A stretch of 64,000 nucleotides of DNA from an uncultured Mycobacterium sp. GTDB lineage: Bacteria > Actinomycetota > Actinomycetes > Mycobacteriales > Mycobacteriaceae. Below, piece after piece: positions 49,498 to 63,717 of this stretch. The stretch spans positions 14,198 to 78,197 of the forward strand of contig CAYLWH010000002.1 in assembly GCA_964387245.1 (NCBI GenBank), read 5' to 3'. The notes under the pieces are model-generated. The model did no database searches and had not been told where the DNA came from. It was given only the letters and a program-made list of their open reading frames with translations. Positions within the stretch are counted from its first letter, which is position 1. Each line of letters starts with the position of its first letter. The translations under genes were made by a program, and so were the position numbers.

Positions 49498-49629
49498 TCA
49501 GTCGACGTGTGGGCGGCGAACGACGCGAGTCAGACGGGTCCGCTTGTTGGGGTCCCGTCTGCGGGTGGTGGCGCCGCGGTCGTTGACGGCCAGTTGCGCG
49601 ATTATCGATGCGGTAACCGGGCTGTGCAT
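49498..49629 (-). CDS. small Arg-rich hypothetical protein (43 aa)
   Basis: Not in the ORF track. MHSPVTASIIAQLAVNDRGATTRRRDPNKRTRLTRVVRRPHVD. Strong SD AGGAGGGG 4-5 nt upstream of the ATG, high GC3, terminator hairpin downstream. Confidence 0.55.
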   Translation of the reverse strand: MHSPVTASIIAQLAVNDRGATTRRRDPNKRTRLTRVVRRPHVD

Positions 49630-49886
49630 CTTCCCCTCCTGATGTGCTGTGTTGTCGATTCGGTGATCCGAAATTACGACGCCGGGACGTACCGAAGAGC
49701 GCGCCGGAGGCCGGTCACGTAATGCGTGACCCCGATACGAGTAGTGGCTACCTGCCGAACCTGTTTCGGACCAGCACTGTCCGCACCGCCAACGGGTAAG
49801 CTGCCCTCACGCAGCACACCGGAAGGGGCGGCTATGGATCCGGATCTGGACCCGAACCTGCAGCACTGGCCGGACCGCTTGGACAA

Positions 49887-50318
49887 TTGGCCAGCGGGTG
49901 GTGGGTCCCTGACGGCGCTGTCGGACAGCGTCCCGACCTGACCGGCGACCATCGGGCCGACCCTGTGCTGCGGGTCGTCGTTCTTATGTTGCTCACCGTT
50001 GACGGTGTGCTCTGTGCGCTGGCCGCTGCGTTCCTGCTACCCAGCTACCTCGGGCCGATCTGGTTTCCGGTCAGCGCGTTGGTCGCCGGCCTGGTCAATG
50101 TCGCACTGGTGTGGGCGGCGATGCGCTGGACATCGTCGGCACGGCTCGCGGCGCTGCCACTGATCTCCTGGGCGCTCACCATCGTCATTATGGCGATGGG
50201 AGGCCCGGGTGCTGACCGGATCCTCGATGGGGCCGGGGTCGCCGGCTTCGGATCGGTCCTTCTGATGTTGCTCGGCGCCATACCGCCGATTCTGCTGCTG
50301 AAGCGCGAGAGCACCTAA
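49887..50318 (+). CDS. conserved integral membrane protein (Rv1171-like)
   Basis: Four hydrophobic helices. The start is unresolved: TTG 49887 or GTG 49965. An SD-preceded ATG at 49834 opens a different frame that overlaps up to 49941. Confidence 0.7.
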   Translation: MASGWWVPDGAVGQRPDLTGDHRADPVLRVVVLMLLTVDGVLCALAAAFLLPSYLGPIWFPVSALVAGLVNVALVWAAMRWTSSARLAALPLISWALTIVIMAMGGPGADRILDGAGVAGFGSVLLMLLGAIPPILLLKREST

Positions 50319-50430
50319 CGCCCGGCGCTCGTCCTGCACTGGCGAATGCGGGCCCACCCGAGCGGGCGGCCCATCGTGATCGGAGCACGGCTAGTGTAGG
50401 TAGCGGTCAGGACACACTTGGTCGGAGATT

Positions 50431-53058
50431 GTGAGATACGCGGATGATTCTCGAATTGCCTCCGGTTACAGGGGAGTGGCCCTGAACCCGCGGTATCTTT
50501 CCGATCTGCCCGACCCGGTAGTCTCCACGACCAGGGTTGATACACCCAACCCGGCTGCCATGCGACGGGTATTGCGGCGGGCCCGGGATGGAGTTGCGCT
50601 CAACGTCGACGAGGCCGCCATTGCGCTGGCGGCACGTGGCGACGAGTTGGCCGACCTTTGTGCCAGCGCCGCGCGGGTGCGCGACGCCGGGCTGGAATCG
50701 GCCGGCCGGCGCGGCGTCAACGGCATGCTGCCCGTCAGTTACTCACGGAAGGTGTTCATTCCGCTCACCCACCTGTGCCGCGACACCTGTCACTACTGCA
50801 CCTTTGTCACGGTGCCGGGCAGGCTGCGATCTCAGGGCCGGGGCATGTACCTGGAGCCCGACGAGATTCTGGACATCGCCCGGCGCGGTGGAGAACTGGG
50901 CTGTAAAGAGGCGCTTTTCACGCTCGGCGACCGCCCGGAGACGCGGTGGCCCGAAGCGCGGCAGTGGCTCGACGAGCGGGGCTATGAGACCACGCTCGAC
51001 TACCTGCGTGCCATGGCGATCCGCGTCCTCGAGGAGACCGGTCTGCTGCCGCACCTGAACCCGGGCGTCATGAGCTGGTCCGAGCTTTCCCGGCTCAAGC
51101 CGGTCGCTCCGTCGATGGGCATGATGCTCGAGACCACCTCGAGGCGACTGTTCGAAACCAAGGGCGAGGCGCATTACGGCAGCCCCGACAAGGATCCCGA
51201 CGTACGGTTGCGCACGTTGACCGACGCGGGCCGACTCTCCATTCCATTCACCACCGGACTGCTGGTGGGTATCGGTGAGACGCACGTCGAGCGGGCTCAA
51301 ACAATCCACGCCATCCGTAAGTCACACAAAGAGTTCGGCCATGTCCAAGAAGTGATCGTGCAGAACTTCCGGGCCAAGGAGCACACCGCGATGGCATCGG
51401 TGCCGGACGCCGGCATCGACGATTTCCTGGCCACGCTCGCCGTGACCCGCCTGGTCCTCGGGCCGTCGATGCGGGTGCAGGCGCCGCCGAATCTGGTGTC
51501 CCGCAAGGAATGCCTGGCACTCATCGGCGCCGGCGTCGACGACTGGGGCGGCGTCTCGCCGCTGACGCCGGACCACGTCAATCCCGAACGCCCCTGGCCG
51601 GCGCTGGAGGAGTTGGCCGCGGTCACCGCCGAAGCGGGTTACGACCTCGTGCAGCGCCTGACGGCGCAACCGAAGTACGTGCGGGCCGGTGCGGCGTGGA
51701 TCGACCCCCGGGTGCGCGCACACGTCGATGCGCTTTCCGATCCCCAGACGGGGTGGGCCCGCGACGTCAATCCGGTCGGACTGCCCTGGCAGGAGCCGGA
51801 CGACGCGACCGAGTCGCTGGGCCGCACCGATCTGCATTCCGCGATCGACACCGAAGGCAGGCTCACCGAGGCCCGCAGTGATCTCGACAGCGCCTTCGGC
51901 GACTGGGAGTCCATCCGCGCGCACGTCGACGAGTTGGCCGCCCGGGCCCCGGAGCGCATCGACACCGATGTGCTGGCCGCGTTGCGCTCAGCCGAACGCG
52001 ACCCCGCCGGCTGCAGCGACGACGAGTATCTCGCGCTGGCCACCGCCGACGGTCCGGCGCTGGAAGCGGTTACCGCCCTTGCGGATTCGTTGCGACAAGA
52101 GGCGGTCGGCGACGATGTCACCTTCGTGGTGAACCGCAACATCAACTTCACGAACATCTGCTACACGGGCTGCCGGTTCTGTGCATTCGCGCAACGCAAG
52201 GGTGACGCCGACGCCTACTCTCTGTCGACCGACGAGGTTGCCGACCGGGCCTGGGACGCCCACCTGGCCGGGGCAACCGAGGTGTGCATGCAGGGCGGAA
52301 TCGACCCCGAACTGCCGGTCACCGGCTACGCAGATCTGGTGCGCGCGGTCAAGAAGCGGGTGCCCACGATGCATGTGCATGCGTTCTCGCCGATGGAGAT
52401 CGCCAACGGCGTCACCAAGAGCGGCCTGTCGATCCGGGAGTGGCTGATTTCCCTTCGGGAAGCCGGCCTGGACACCATCCCCGGCACGGCGGCGGAGATC
52501 CTCGACGACGATGTCCGGTGGGTGCTGACCAAGGGCAAGCTGCCGACCTCGATGTGGATCGAAGTGGTGACGACGGCGCACGAGGTCGGCCTGCGCTCGA
52601 GTTCGACGATGATGTACGGCCACGTGGACTCGCCCCGGCACTGGGTCGGCCACCTCAACGTGTTACGCGGGATCCAGGACCGGACCGGCGGCTTCACCGA
52701 GTTCGTCCCGTTGCCGTTCGTGCACCAGAGTTCGCCGTTGTATCTGGCGGGTGCCGCCCGGCCCGGCCCGACGCACCGGGACAACCGTGCCGTCCATGCC
52801 TTGGCGCGGATCATGTTGCACGGCAGGATCTCCCAGATTCAGACCAGCTGGGTCAAGCTGGGCGTCGAGCGCACCCGGGTGATGCTGTGCGGCGGCGCGA
52901 ACGACCTGGGCGGGACCTTGATGGAGGAGACCATCTCCCGGATGGCCGGCTCGGAGAACGGATCGGCCAAGACCGTCGAGGAACTCGTCGAGATCGCCGA
53001 GGGCATCGGACGTCCCGCGCGTCAGCGCACCACGACGTATGCCAAGTGGGCGGCCTGA
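50431..53058 (+). CDS. fbiC: FO synthase (7,8-didemethyl-8-hydroxy-5-deazariboflavin synthase), fused CofG/CofH
   Basis: Two radical-SAM CxxxCxxC motifs ([10 protein letters not shown] and [10 protein letters not shown]). [12 protein letters not shown]-type N-terminus. Start uncertain (GTG 50431, 50476). Confidence 0.95.
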   Translation: MRYADDSRIASGYRGVALNPRYLSDLPDPVVSTTRVDTPNPAAMRRVLRRARDGVALNVDEAAIALAARGDELADLCASAARVRDAGLESAGRRGVNGMLPVSYSRKVFIPLTHLCRDTCHYCTFVTVPGRLRSQGRGMYLEPDEILDIARRGGELGCKEALFTLGDRPETRWPEARQWLDERGYETTLDYLRAMAIRVLEETGLLPHLNPGVMSWSELSRLKPVAPSMGMMLETTSRRLFETKGEAHYGSPDKDPDVRLRTLTDAGRLSIPFTTGLLVGIGETHVERAQTIHAIRKSHKEFGHVQEVIVQNFRAKEHTAMASVPDAGIDDFLATLAVTRLVLGPSMRVQAPPNLVSRKECLALIGAGVDDWGGVSPLTPDHVNPERPWPALEELAAVTAEAGYDLVQRLTAQPKYVRAGAAWIDPRVRAHVDALSDPQTGWARDVNPVGLPWQEPDDATESLGRTDLHSAIDTEGRLTEARSDLDSAFGDWESIRAHVDELAARAPERIDTDVLAALRSAERDPAGCSDDEYLALATADGPALEAVTALADSLRQEAVGDDVTFVVNRNINFTNICYTGCRFCAFAQRKGDADAYSLSTDEVADRAWDAHLAGATEVCMQGGIDPELPVTGYADLVRAVKKRVPTMHVHAFSPMEIANGVTKSGLSIREWLISLREAGLDTIPGTAAEILDDDVRWVLTKGKLPTSMWIEVVTTAHEVGLRSSSTMMYGHVDSPRHWVGHLNVLRGIQDRTGGFTEFVPLPFVHQSSPLYLAGAARPGPTHRDNRAVHALARIMLHGRISQIQTSWVKLGVERTRVMLCGGANDLGGTLMEETISRMAGSENGSAKTVEELVEIAEGIGRPARQRTTTYAKWAA

Positions 53059-53420
53059 TCCGTTCGGTGCGGCTCTCCCGGGCCTCGGCTTCCTGCTGTC
53101 GGTGACAGCGGTGGTGCTTGGGCCGGGTGCCGGATGTCCGGCGATTGATTGCACGATTACTCGCCGGTGGTGTCGTGTCGTGGCCAAGATGGCGCTGGCG
53201 CTGATCCACTGCCACGCGTGGACTCCGGTGGCTTGTCGCGTATTGTCGCTCGGAGGTGGCCAACTCGGCACGTGAACCTGGGCTGATGTGAAAGTGCGGA
53301 ACCGGCCGCTGGTTCGCCAATTCGTCAGTCCGCCATGCGTGTGCGCAAACCGCCGAAAGCCTCGGCGTGTCGGCCGGGAACACGCACGCTCGCCGCAACC
53401 GGGGGTGCGCAACGCGGGCC

Positions 53421-55996
<2,576 letters not shown>

Positions 55997-56026
55997 CCGC
56001 CGAAGCGTAGACGGTACCGGCGGTGC

Positions 56027-56044
56027 TATGCAATCAGTTGCATA
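56027..56044. promoter_or_regulatory. candidate PadR operator TATGCAA-TCAG-TTGCATA
   Basis: 7-bp inverted arms located 31 nt upstream of the padR start. A second small inverted repeat, GTCAAC-CTT-GTTGAC, lies at 56062-56076. Confidence 0.35.
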
Positions 56045-56338
56045 TCACCATCTGGCGCCGAGTCAACCTTGTTGACGCGGGCAACGGGACAGGGACGACG
56101 CGGCCCGAACGTTTCACGGTCGGACTCCGGTGGCGATCCCAGGATCGTGGGCGGTTCGGTTCAGTACTTCGCGGGCAGTAGATGCGACGTCTAGTATCAG
56201 TAACCGTCGTCCCGTTTACCGGGGCCGACGACCCATAAGGCACACTGGCACACGCGTCCGGTTTCAGCCTCCGGACCCTTGCAGCAGGCCACCGAAACCG
56301 AACACGCAGCAGCCCGCCTGAAAGCCGAGGAGAGTTCT

Positions 56339-56662
56339 GTGACATACGTGATCGCTCAACCTTGCGTCGACGTCAAAGATAAGGCATGCATCGAGGAATG
56401 CCCCGTCGACTGCATCTATGAGGGCGCACGCATGCTCTACATCCACCCCGACGAGTGCGTGGACTGCGGGGCCTGTGAGCCGGTCTGCCCGGTCGAGGCG
56501 ATCTTCTACGAGGATGACGTTCCGGACCAGTGGAGCAGTTACGCGCAGGCCAATGCCGACTTCTTCGACGAGCTCGGCTCACCCGGCGGCGCATCGAAGG
56601 TCGGCCAGACCGACAACGATCCACAGGCCATCAAGGATCTGCCGCCGCAGGGTGAGGACTGA
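56339..56662 (+). CDS. fdxC: 7Fe ferredoxin ([3Fe-4S][4Fe-4S])
   Basis: (M)[28 protein letters not shown]...[16 protein letters not shown]. 107 aa. SD GAGGAGAG upstream of the GTG. Confidence 0.92.
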   Translation: MTYVIAQPCVDVKDKACIEECPVDCIYEGARMLYIHPDECVDCGACEPVCPVEAIFYEDDVPDQWSSYAQANADFFDELGSPGGASKVGQTDNDPQAIKDLPPQGED

Positions 56663-56670
56663 GCGGACCC

Positions 56671-57783
56671 GTGCGGCGCCCACCGGTGCGCAGCCCTCGC
56701 TCAGCGGAGCTGCCGGTCTTCCCGTGGGACACCCTCGCCGACGCCGCCGCTACCGCCCGGTCGCATCCTGACGGCATCGTCGACCTGTCGGTCGGAACCC
56801 CGGTTGACCCCGTTGCGCCCGTCATCCGCGACGCGCTGGCGGCCGTCGCGGCGGCACCCGGGTACCCGACCACCGCGGGAACACCGCAATTGCGGAGCTC
56901 GATGGTCGGGGCTCTGCACCGCCGCTACGGGGTCGCGGGTCTGGATGCCGATTCCGCGGTGCTGCCCGTGATCGGCACCAAGGAGCTGATCGCGTGGCTG
57001 CCGACGCTGCTCGGAGTGCGCGCCGGCGAGCTGGTCGTGATACCGGAGCTGGCCTACCCGACCTACGACGTCGGTGCGCGGCTGGCCGGAGCGCGGGTGA
57101 TCGCCGCCGACTCGCTGACCCAGCTGGGTCCGCAGACGCCCGCGCTGGTGTTCATCAACTCGCCGGCCAACCCGACCGGCAAGGTGCTCGGTGTCGACCA
57201 CTTGCGCAAAGTCGTCGGCTGGGCGCAAGAGCGTGGGGTCGTGGTCGCGTCCGACGAGTGCTACCTGGGTCTGGGTTGGGACGCCACACCCGTGTCGATC
57301 CTGCACCCGTCGGTCTGCGACGGTGACCACACGGGATTGCTTGCCGTGCATTCGTTGTCGAAGACGTCGTCGCTGGCCGGCTATCGGGCCGGTTTCGCCG
57401 CCGGCGACACCTCGCTCGTCGGTGAACTGCTGGCCGTCCGCAAGCACGCGGGGATGATGGTTCCCACCCCGGTGCAGTCCGCGATGGTCGCCGCCCTCGA
57501 CGACGACGCCCACGAGAAAGAGCAGCGCGAACGGTACGCCCGGCGTCGTGACGCGTTGCTGCCCGCGGTCCGCGGTGCGGGCTTCACGGTGGAGCACTCC
57601 GAGGCCGGGCTGTACCTGTGGGCCACCCGGGACGAGCCGTGCCGTGACAGCGTTGCCTGGTTCGCCGAACGTGGCATCCTGGTGGCCCCCGGCGAGTTCT
57701 ACGGCCCCCGCGGTGGTCGGCATGTGCGGATCGCGCTCACGGCCACCGACGAGCGGGTCGACGCCGCGGTCAGCCGGTTGTAG
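56671..57783 (+). CDS. dapC: succinyldiaminopimelate aminotransferase-type PLP enzyme (class I aminotransferase, Rv1178-like)
   Basis: 370 aa. SLSKTSSLAGYRAGF PLP-lysine motif and NSPANPTG. Synteny with fdxC. Confidence 0.8.
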   Translation: MRRPPVRSPRSAELPVFPWDTLADAAATARSHPDGIVDLSVGTPVDPVAPVIRDALAAVAAAPGYPTTAGTPQLRSSMVGALHRRYGVAGLDADSAVLPVIGTKELIAWLPTLLGVRAGELVVIPELAYPTYDVGARLAGARVIAADSLTQLGPQTPALVFINSPANPTGKVLGVDHLRKVVGWAQERGVVVASDECYLGLGWDATPVSILHPSVCDGDHTGLLAVHSLSKTSSLAGYRAGFAAGDTSLVGELLAVRKHAGMMVPTPVQSAMVAALDDDAHEKEQRERYARRRDALLPAVRGAGFTVEHSEAGLYLWATRDEPCRDSVAWFAERGILVAPGEFYGPRGGRHVRIALTATDERVDAAVSRL

Positions 57784-57816
57784 CCGCCGGGCCTCGGGCG
57801 CCTCGTCGAGAGTGTA

Positions 57817-57853
57817 GTTGTTGCACGCATTCTCGCGAAAAGCGTGCAACAAC
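57817..57853. terminator. stem-loop between convergent dapC and pruC
   Basis: GTTGTTGCACGC (57817-57828) pairs with GCGTGCAACAAC (57842-57853); 13-nt loop. Confidence 0.65.
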
Positions 57854-57873
57854 CTCACTTTCGGCGTGCCCTA

Positions 57874-59466
57874 TCAGGCGGTGGCGCGCAGGCTCAGCGA
57901 AAGCAGCAGGCGCACATCGGGATCCGCAAGCGATGTGCCCAACAGCTTCTCGATCCGGCGGATCCGGTAACGCACCGTGTTGGGATGCACGTGCAGCCAC
58001 TGCGCCGCCGCCACCACATCACCGAAGGCGTCCAGATAGCCCTGCAGCGTGTCGGCCAGCATCGGATCCTGCGCCCGCAGGTCTTTGACCCGCGGGTCGA
58101 TGAGGCGGTCGTCGGCGGCCACCAGGGTGATGATTTCGTCGAGCAGGACGGTGGTGCGCGCCTCGGCGAGCGACGTCACCTGTCGCAGGGCACCGGGGTG
58201 GCGCCCGGCACTGTCGAGCACCCGGTCGACCTCCGCGCGGGCGGCGGCCGCCAGGCCCAGCCCGGCCACCGGTGCGGCGACCACCGCGCGCAGTTCCAGG
58301 CCCAGTTCGGTGCGCAGCGAGGCGACGGTGCCGCGCACCCACGATGTCACCGCGGCCGGCTTACCGGTGGAGGGGAACAGCACATAGACCCGCGCCCCGT
58401 TGGCGGCAACCTGGGCATCGCGGTGAAAAGCGCTGGCGCTCAGCGCCAGAACGTCGGCGAGCCGCGGATGTGTGGCGGCAACCGTCTCCACGCCGATCAC
58501 GGCTGCGCGGCCATCGGCGCTGATACCGAGCTCACGCGAGATCGTGGCCGGCTCGATCCCGTCGCCGGTGGCGCTGTCGCGGAGCCCAAGTAGCTGCTGA
58601 ACACGCACCGCGTGCGTCGACGGGGTGGCGGCCAGCCGGGCCATGATCCGCGCGGCCAGCACCGCCGCGCCGCGCAGCACCTCCTCGGCATCGTCGGCCA
58701 GCGGCCGGGATCCCTGCTGCACCCAGATGGTGCCCGCGAACGCCGGGGCGCGGCGCGGATCGGCGCCGGGCTGATGGATGCCGATCGCCAGGCGCGGCCG
58801 CAGTCCCAGGGCCGGCCGTTCGTCGACCCGCACCACTTCGGGCCGGGCCCGCAGTGCGTCGAAGATGCCCCATTGACCCAGCCACTGCAGATGTTCACGC
58901 GGGCCGGCTCGGCCGAGGATCGACAGCCGGCGCAATTCGTCGGCCTCGTCGCTGGATGCCGAGTAGGCCAGCACGTGTGACGCCTCGTCCTCGATGCTGA
59001 CCATGCCATGTGTGCGATCCGCGATCGACTGGGCCAGGCCGAACAGGTCGGTACTCGAGTCGTAGAGCGGGTCGGCGCGGTCGCCATGATGGGAGAAGAC
59101 GTGGTCGACCAGTCGGTAGAGCCGCTCCCAGCGAGCCTGCGGTTCGACCGACACCACCGCGGTGCCGGCCGCCACCGCCCGGGCCACCACAGCGCTGGAC
59201 GGTTCCTTGACGAAGATGGCCGTCGGTGCGCGGTCGGCGACCTGACGGTCGATCCAGCGCAGCGCATCGTCGTCGGAGACGCCCAGCAGAAAGAAGATGT
59301 CGGCCGAGCCGGCGCTGACCGCCAGGCCCAGCCGGACATCGTCGGAGTCGATGAGCGCCGAGGAGGCGACAGACCGGTCGAGCCCGCGGGGTGCCTCGAT
59401 GAGGGTGACCATGGTGGCATCTAGGGCGAGCAGGAGCTGGCCCAGGCTGACACCGGCAGACGCCAT
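57874..59466 (-). CDS. pruC: PucR-family transcriptional activator (proline-utilisation regulator, Rv1186c-like)
   Basis: C-terminal PucR HTH (VHPNTVRYRIRRIEKLLG). Divergent from pruA. ATG chosen at MASAGVSLGQLL. Confidence 0.82.
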   Translation of the reverse strand: MASAGVSLGQLLLALDATMVTLIEAPRGLDRSVASSALIDSDDVRLGLAVSAGSADIFFLLGVSDDDALRWIDRQVADRAPTAIFVKEPSSAVVARAVAAGTAVVSVEPQARWERLYRLVDHVFSHHGDRADPLYDSSTDLFGLAQSIADRTHGMVSIEDEASHVLAYSASSDEADELRRLSILGRAGPREHLQWLGQWGIFDALRARPEVVRVDERPALGLRPRLAIGIHQPGADPRRAPAFAGTIWVQQGSRPLADDAEEVLRGAAVLAARIMARLAATPSTHAVRVQQLLGLRDSATGDGIEPATISRELGISADGRAAVIGVETVAATHPRLADVLALSASAFHRDAQVAANGARVYVLFPSTGKPAAVTSWVRGTVASLRTELGLELRAVVAAPVAGLGLAAAARAEVDRVLDSAGRHPGALRQVTSLAEARTTVLLDEIITLVAADDRLIDPRVKDLRAQDPMLADTLQGYLDAFGDVVAAAQWLHVHPNTVRYRIRRIEKLLGTSLADPDVRLLLSLSLRATA

Positions 59467-59544
59467 GTTGTGTGATTCTACTAACAACACGTCGCAGGGC
59501 TATCCGATCGGCCAAAGGTTGCGGACCCGTCGTCGGCGATCCTT

Positions 59545-61179
<1,635 letters not shown>

Positions 61180-61181
61180 CG

Positions 61182-62141
61182 ATGGCCGGACTGTTCAACC
61201 GCGTGGCGCGCCCGGCCATCCTGGCCGCCGGCAGATCGCATGGGTTGCGCAAGGCCGCCGAACGGCTTCCGCTGACCCGCGACGTGGTGCACCGGTTCGT
61301 TCCCGGGGAGACCGTTTCCGACGCGGTCGGGGCGGTGTCGACACTGCGCGACTCGGGCAGGTTCGTGACCATCGACTACCTCGGCGAGGACGTCACGGAC
61401 GCCGCGGCGGCCGACGCGACGGTGCGGGCCTACCTCGATCTGCTCGGCGCACTGGCCAACGGCGCCGAGTCGGATAGTGGCCCGCGTCCGCTGGAGGTGT
61501 CGTTGAAGTTGTCAGCGTTGGGGCAGGCGTTGCCGCGGGACGGCGAGAAGGTCGCGTTGGAGAACGCGCGCACCATCTGCGCGCGAGCGGCCGAGATCGA
61601 CGCCTGGGTGACCGTCGACGCCGAGGACCACACCACCACCGACTCGACCCTGTCCATCGTCAGAGACCTGCGCACCGAGTTCGACTGGCTGGGCACCGTT
61701 CTGCAGGCATACCTCAAGCGCACCGAGGGCGACTGCCGGGAGTTCGCCGCCTCGGGTGCGCGAATCCGCTTGTGTAAGGGCGCCTATGACGAACCGGCAT
61801 CGGTGGCGTATCGCGATCCCGAGGAGGTCACCGAGAACTACCTGCGCTGTCTGCGGGTGCTGATGGGTGGCTCCGGATACCCGATGGTAGCCTCCCACGA
61901 CCCGACCGTCATTGCTGCGGTCGGGGCCATGGCGCGCGAAGTCGATCGTGGCGCAGGTGATTTCGAGTACCAGATGCTGTTCGGCATACGTGATGCCGAA
62001 CAGGTCCGGCTGGCGTCGGAGGGTAATCACGTACGCGTATACGTGCCGTTCGGTTCCGAGTGGTACGGCTACTTCGTCCGGCGGCTCGCCGAACGTCCGG
62101 CAAACTTCACGTTCTTTCTCCGCGCCCTGGCGGAACGGTAA
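61182..62141 (+). CDS. pruB: proline dehydrogenase
   Basis: 319 aa. Starts 2 nt after pruA. LCKGAYDEP and VYVPFG..WYGYFVRRLAERPAN PutA-type motifs. Confidence 0.9.
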   Translation: MAGLFNRVARPAILAAGRSHGLRKAAERLPLTRDVVHRFVPGETVSDAVGAVSTLRDSGRFVTIDYLGEDVTDAAAADATVRAYLDLLGALANGAESDSGPRPLEVSLKLSALGQALPRDGEKVALENARTICARAAEIDAWVTVDAEDHTTTDSTLSIVRDLRTEFDWLGTVLQAYLKRTEGDCREFAASGARIRLCKGAYDEPASVAYRDPEEVTENYLRCLRVLMGGSGYPMVASHDPTVIAAVGAMAREVDRGAGDFEYQMLFGIRDAEQVRLASEGNHVRVYVPFGSEWYGYFVRRLAERPANFTFFLRALAER

Positions 62142-62145
62142 GCGG

Positions 62146-62652
62146 TCAGGCCGGTTGCGCCGCGACCGGCATGACGACGTTGCCCCGGCACGCGCCGGTC
62201 GCGATGTCGGTGCTCCACATGCCGCGCAGTGTCCCGTCCGACTGCGGCGTGAAGAATGTGAACGAGCGTGCCGGACTCCACTGTGACTGCCCGGCGGCGC
62301 CGAGCGGACATTGCCACACCCAGTCGTAGACGGTCTTCCACTGCTGCCCATCCCAGGCATACGTCAACGGATTCGGGACGGTGGGGTTCGACGATGCCGG
62401 ACCGGTGGCCGTCGCGACGCACGCGCCGGTGCTGCAACTGGTGGTCATGGTGAACACCGCGCTGAAGTCGGACTCGGGTTGGCGCACGGTCGGGCTGGTG
62501 CCGGCCTTCTGCGAGGCGTAGGTGACCATCGAGTAGGGGCCGGTCCAGGTTTGCGGAGCGGCATTCGCCGCGGGCCCGCCCGAGACCAGCAGGCAACTGG
62601 CGAATGCCGCGATAGCCGCAGCGTGTAGTGCGCGCGGACGGTGTGAAGACAT
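62146..62652 (-). CDS. secreted hypothetical protein (168 aa, Cys-containing)
   Basis: Start MSSHRPRALHAAAIAAFASCLLVSGGPAANA (signal peptide) with a GGGGA SD. The longer ORF-track version (to 63117) is Arg-rich and overlaps the next gene. Confidence 0.7.
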   Translation of the reverse strand: MSSHRPRALHAAAIAAFASCLLVSGGPAANAAPQTWTGPYSMVTYASQKAGTSPTVRQPESDFSAVFTMTTSCSTGACVATATGPASSNPTVPNPLTYAWDGQQWKTVYDWVWQCPLGAAGQSQWSPARSFTFFTPQSDGTLRGMWSTDIATGACRGNVVMPVAAQPA

Positions 62653-62915
62653 TGGTTCCCCTGCGGTAGTTCGGCTTTGCTGCAACCACCGTATCGACAC
62701 CACCCGCGCGCGCTGTGTGATGGACGTCGCACCGGCGGAACTCGTTACGTTCTCGATGCCGGGTCTTGTCGGGGATGTGTTGTGCGCGTTACCTACTTGG
62801 CCGACTTCCGTTGGAACACGGCACTCCGGCTGATCCCTGGACCGGCAGGTTTCAGGCGATCCCCGCGCCGTGTGAGCCCGTGGATCGCACCAGTCGAGTG
62901 CCGTTGCCAGGGCGA

Positions 62916-63671
62916 CTAAACGAGAGTGTCCAGCGCGGCGATGATTGCCACGACGTCGGTGCTCTCCGTGCGTCGGATGTGGCGCACCACCGATCCGACC
63001 GGTTCGGGCGGATCGGCGATCACCCGACCCAAGAGCTTGGCCTTGCCGTCGACGGTCAGCACCGTGAGCGGCCGTACCTCGTCCGGTGTCAGCGACACGA
63101 TGGTCGCCGTCCGCCATGCCTCGTCGCGGGCGACGTCCACGCTGAACTCCAGCGCCTCGGCGACATCTGGTCCGCCGACCTCGCTCAGCTCGGCCAGCTC
63201 TGGAGAGAATTCCTCAATGGCGCTGCGCGCCAACGGGATCAACGACGCGAGGATGTCGTTGATTCGATCGAAGTCGTCGTGGAACCCGTTGAGCCGCGGC
63301 GGCGGGAACGCGGTCCCGGCCACTACGCCCAGATCCAGGTTGATGTGCGCGTTGATCGCCACGACCAGGTCCTGCAGCACGATCAGCCGGCCGGACGCGG
63401 TGCGATCGAAGGCGAACTGCCATGCCAGGCTTGGCCGTCGGCGCTTGCGATACTGGTCGTATGCGGTGAAGTAGGCGTTGGCGAATGCCGCATCGAACTT
63501 GGACATCCGCGGTCCGTCTTCGAATGCGCCCTGACTTATACCTTCTTTCACCCGCAGCGTGACCTGTCGATACAGGGCGGCGAAATATCCGAGTGGGTCC
63601 TTGCGCCGCTTGGTGTCGGCGACGATCATCGACAACTCCCTCAGTACGTCGTCGATCGTTCTGGCTTTCAT
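62916..63671 (-). CDS. DUF5995-like hypothetical protein
   Basis: Start MKARTIDDVLRELSMIV. YFAALYRQVTLRV...FANAYFTAYDQY...INAHINLDLG pattern as I recall for DUF5995. 251 aa. Confidence 0.6.
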   Translation of the reverse strand: MKARTIDDVLRELSMIVADTKRRKDPLGYFAALYRQVTLRVKEGISQGAFEDGPRMSKFDAAFANAYFTAYDQYRKRRRPSLAWQFAFDRTASGRLIVLQDLVVAINAHINLDLGVVAGTAFPPPRLNGFHDDFDRINDILASLIPLARSAIEEFSPELAELSEVGGPDVAEALEFSVDVARDEAWRTATIVSLTPDEVRPLTVLTVDGKAKLLGRVIADPPEPVGSVVRHIRRTESTDVVAIIAALDTLV

Positions 63672-63717
63672 GGCGCCGTCCCCCGGTGCGAGTTCTTCGG
63701 TGCGTCTTCGGTGCAGA

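Noticed and set aside
53039-53275. 78-aa Cys-rich plus-strand ORF beginning inside the fbiC 3-prime end.
   Set aside because: GC3 is well below that of neighbouring genes. There is no SD and no recognisable fold or signal peptide, and it starts within fbiC.
57805-57865. Whether the dapC/pruC hairpin belongs to the same REP-like family as 1-67 and 11616-11682.
   Set aside because: Only loose resemblance (GAGTG..., GTTGTGC versus GTTGTTGCAC). It cannot be aligned convincingly by hand and is treated as an independent terminator.
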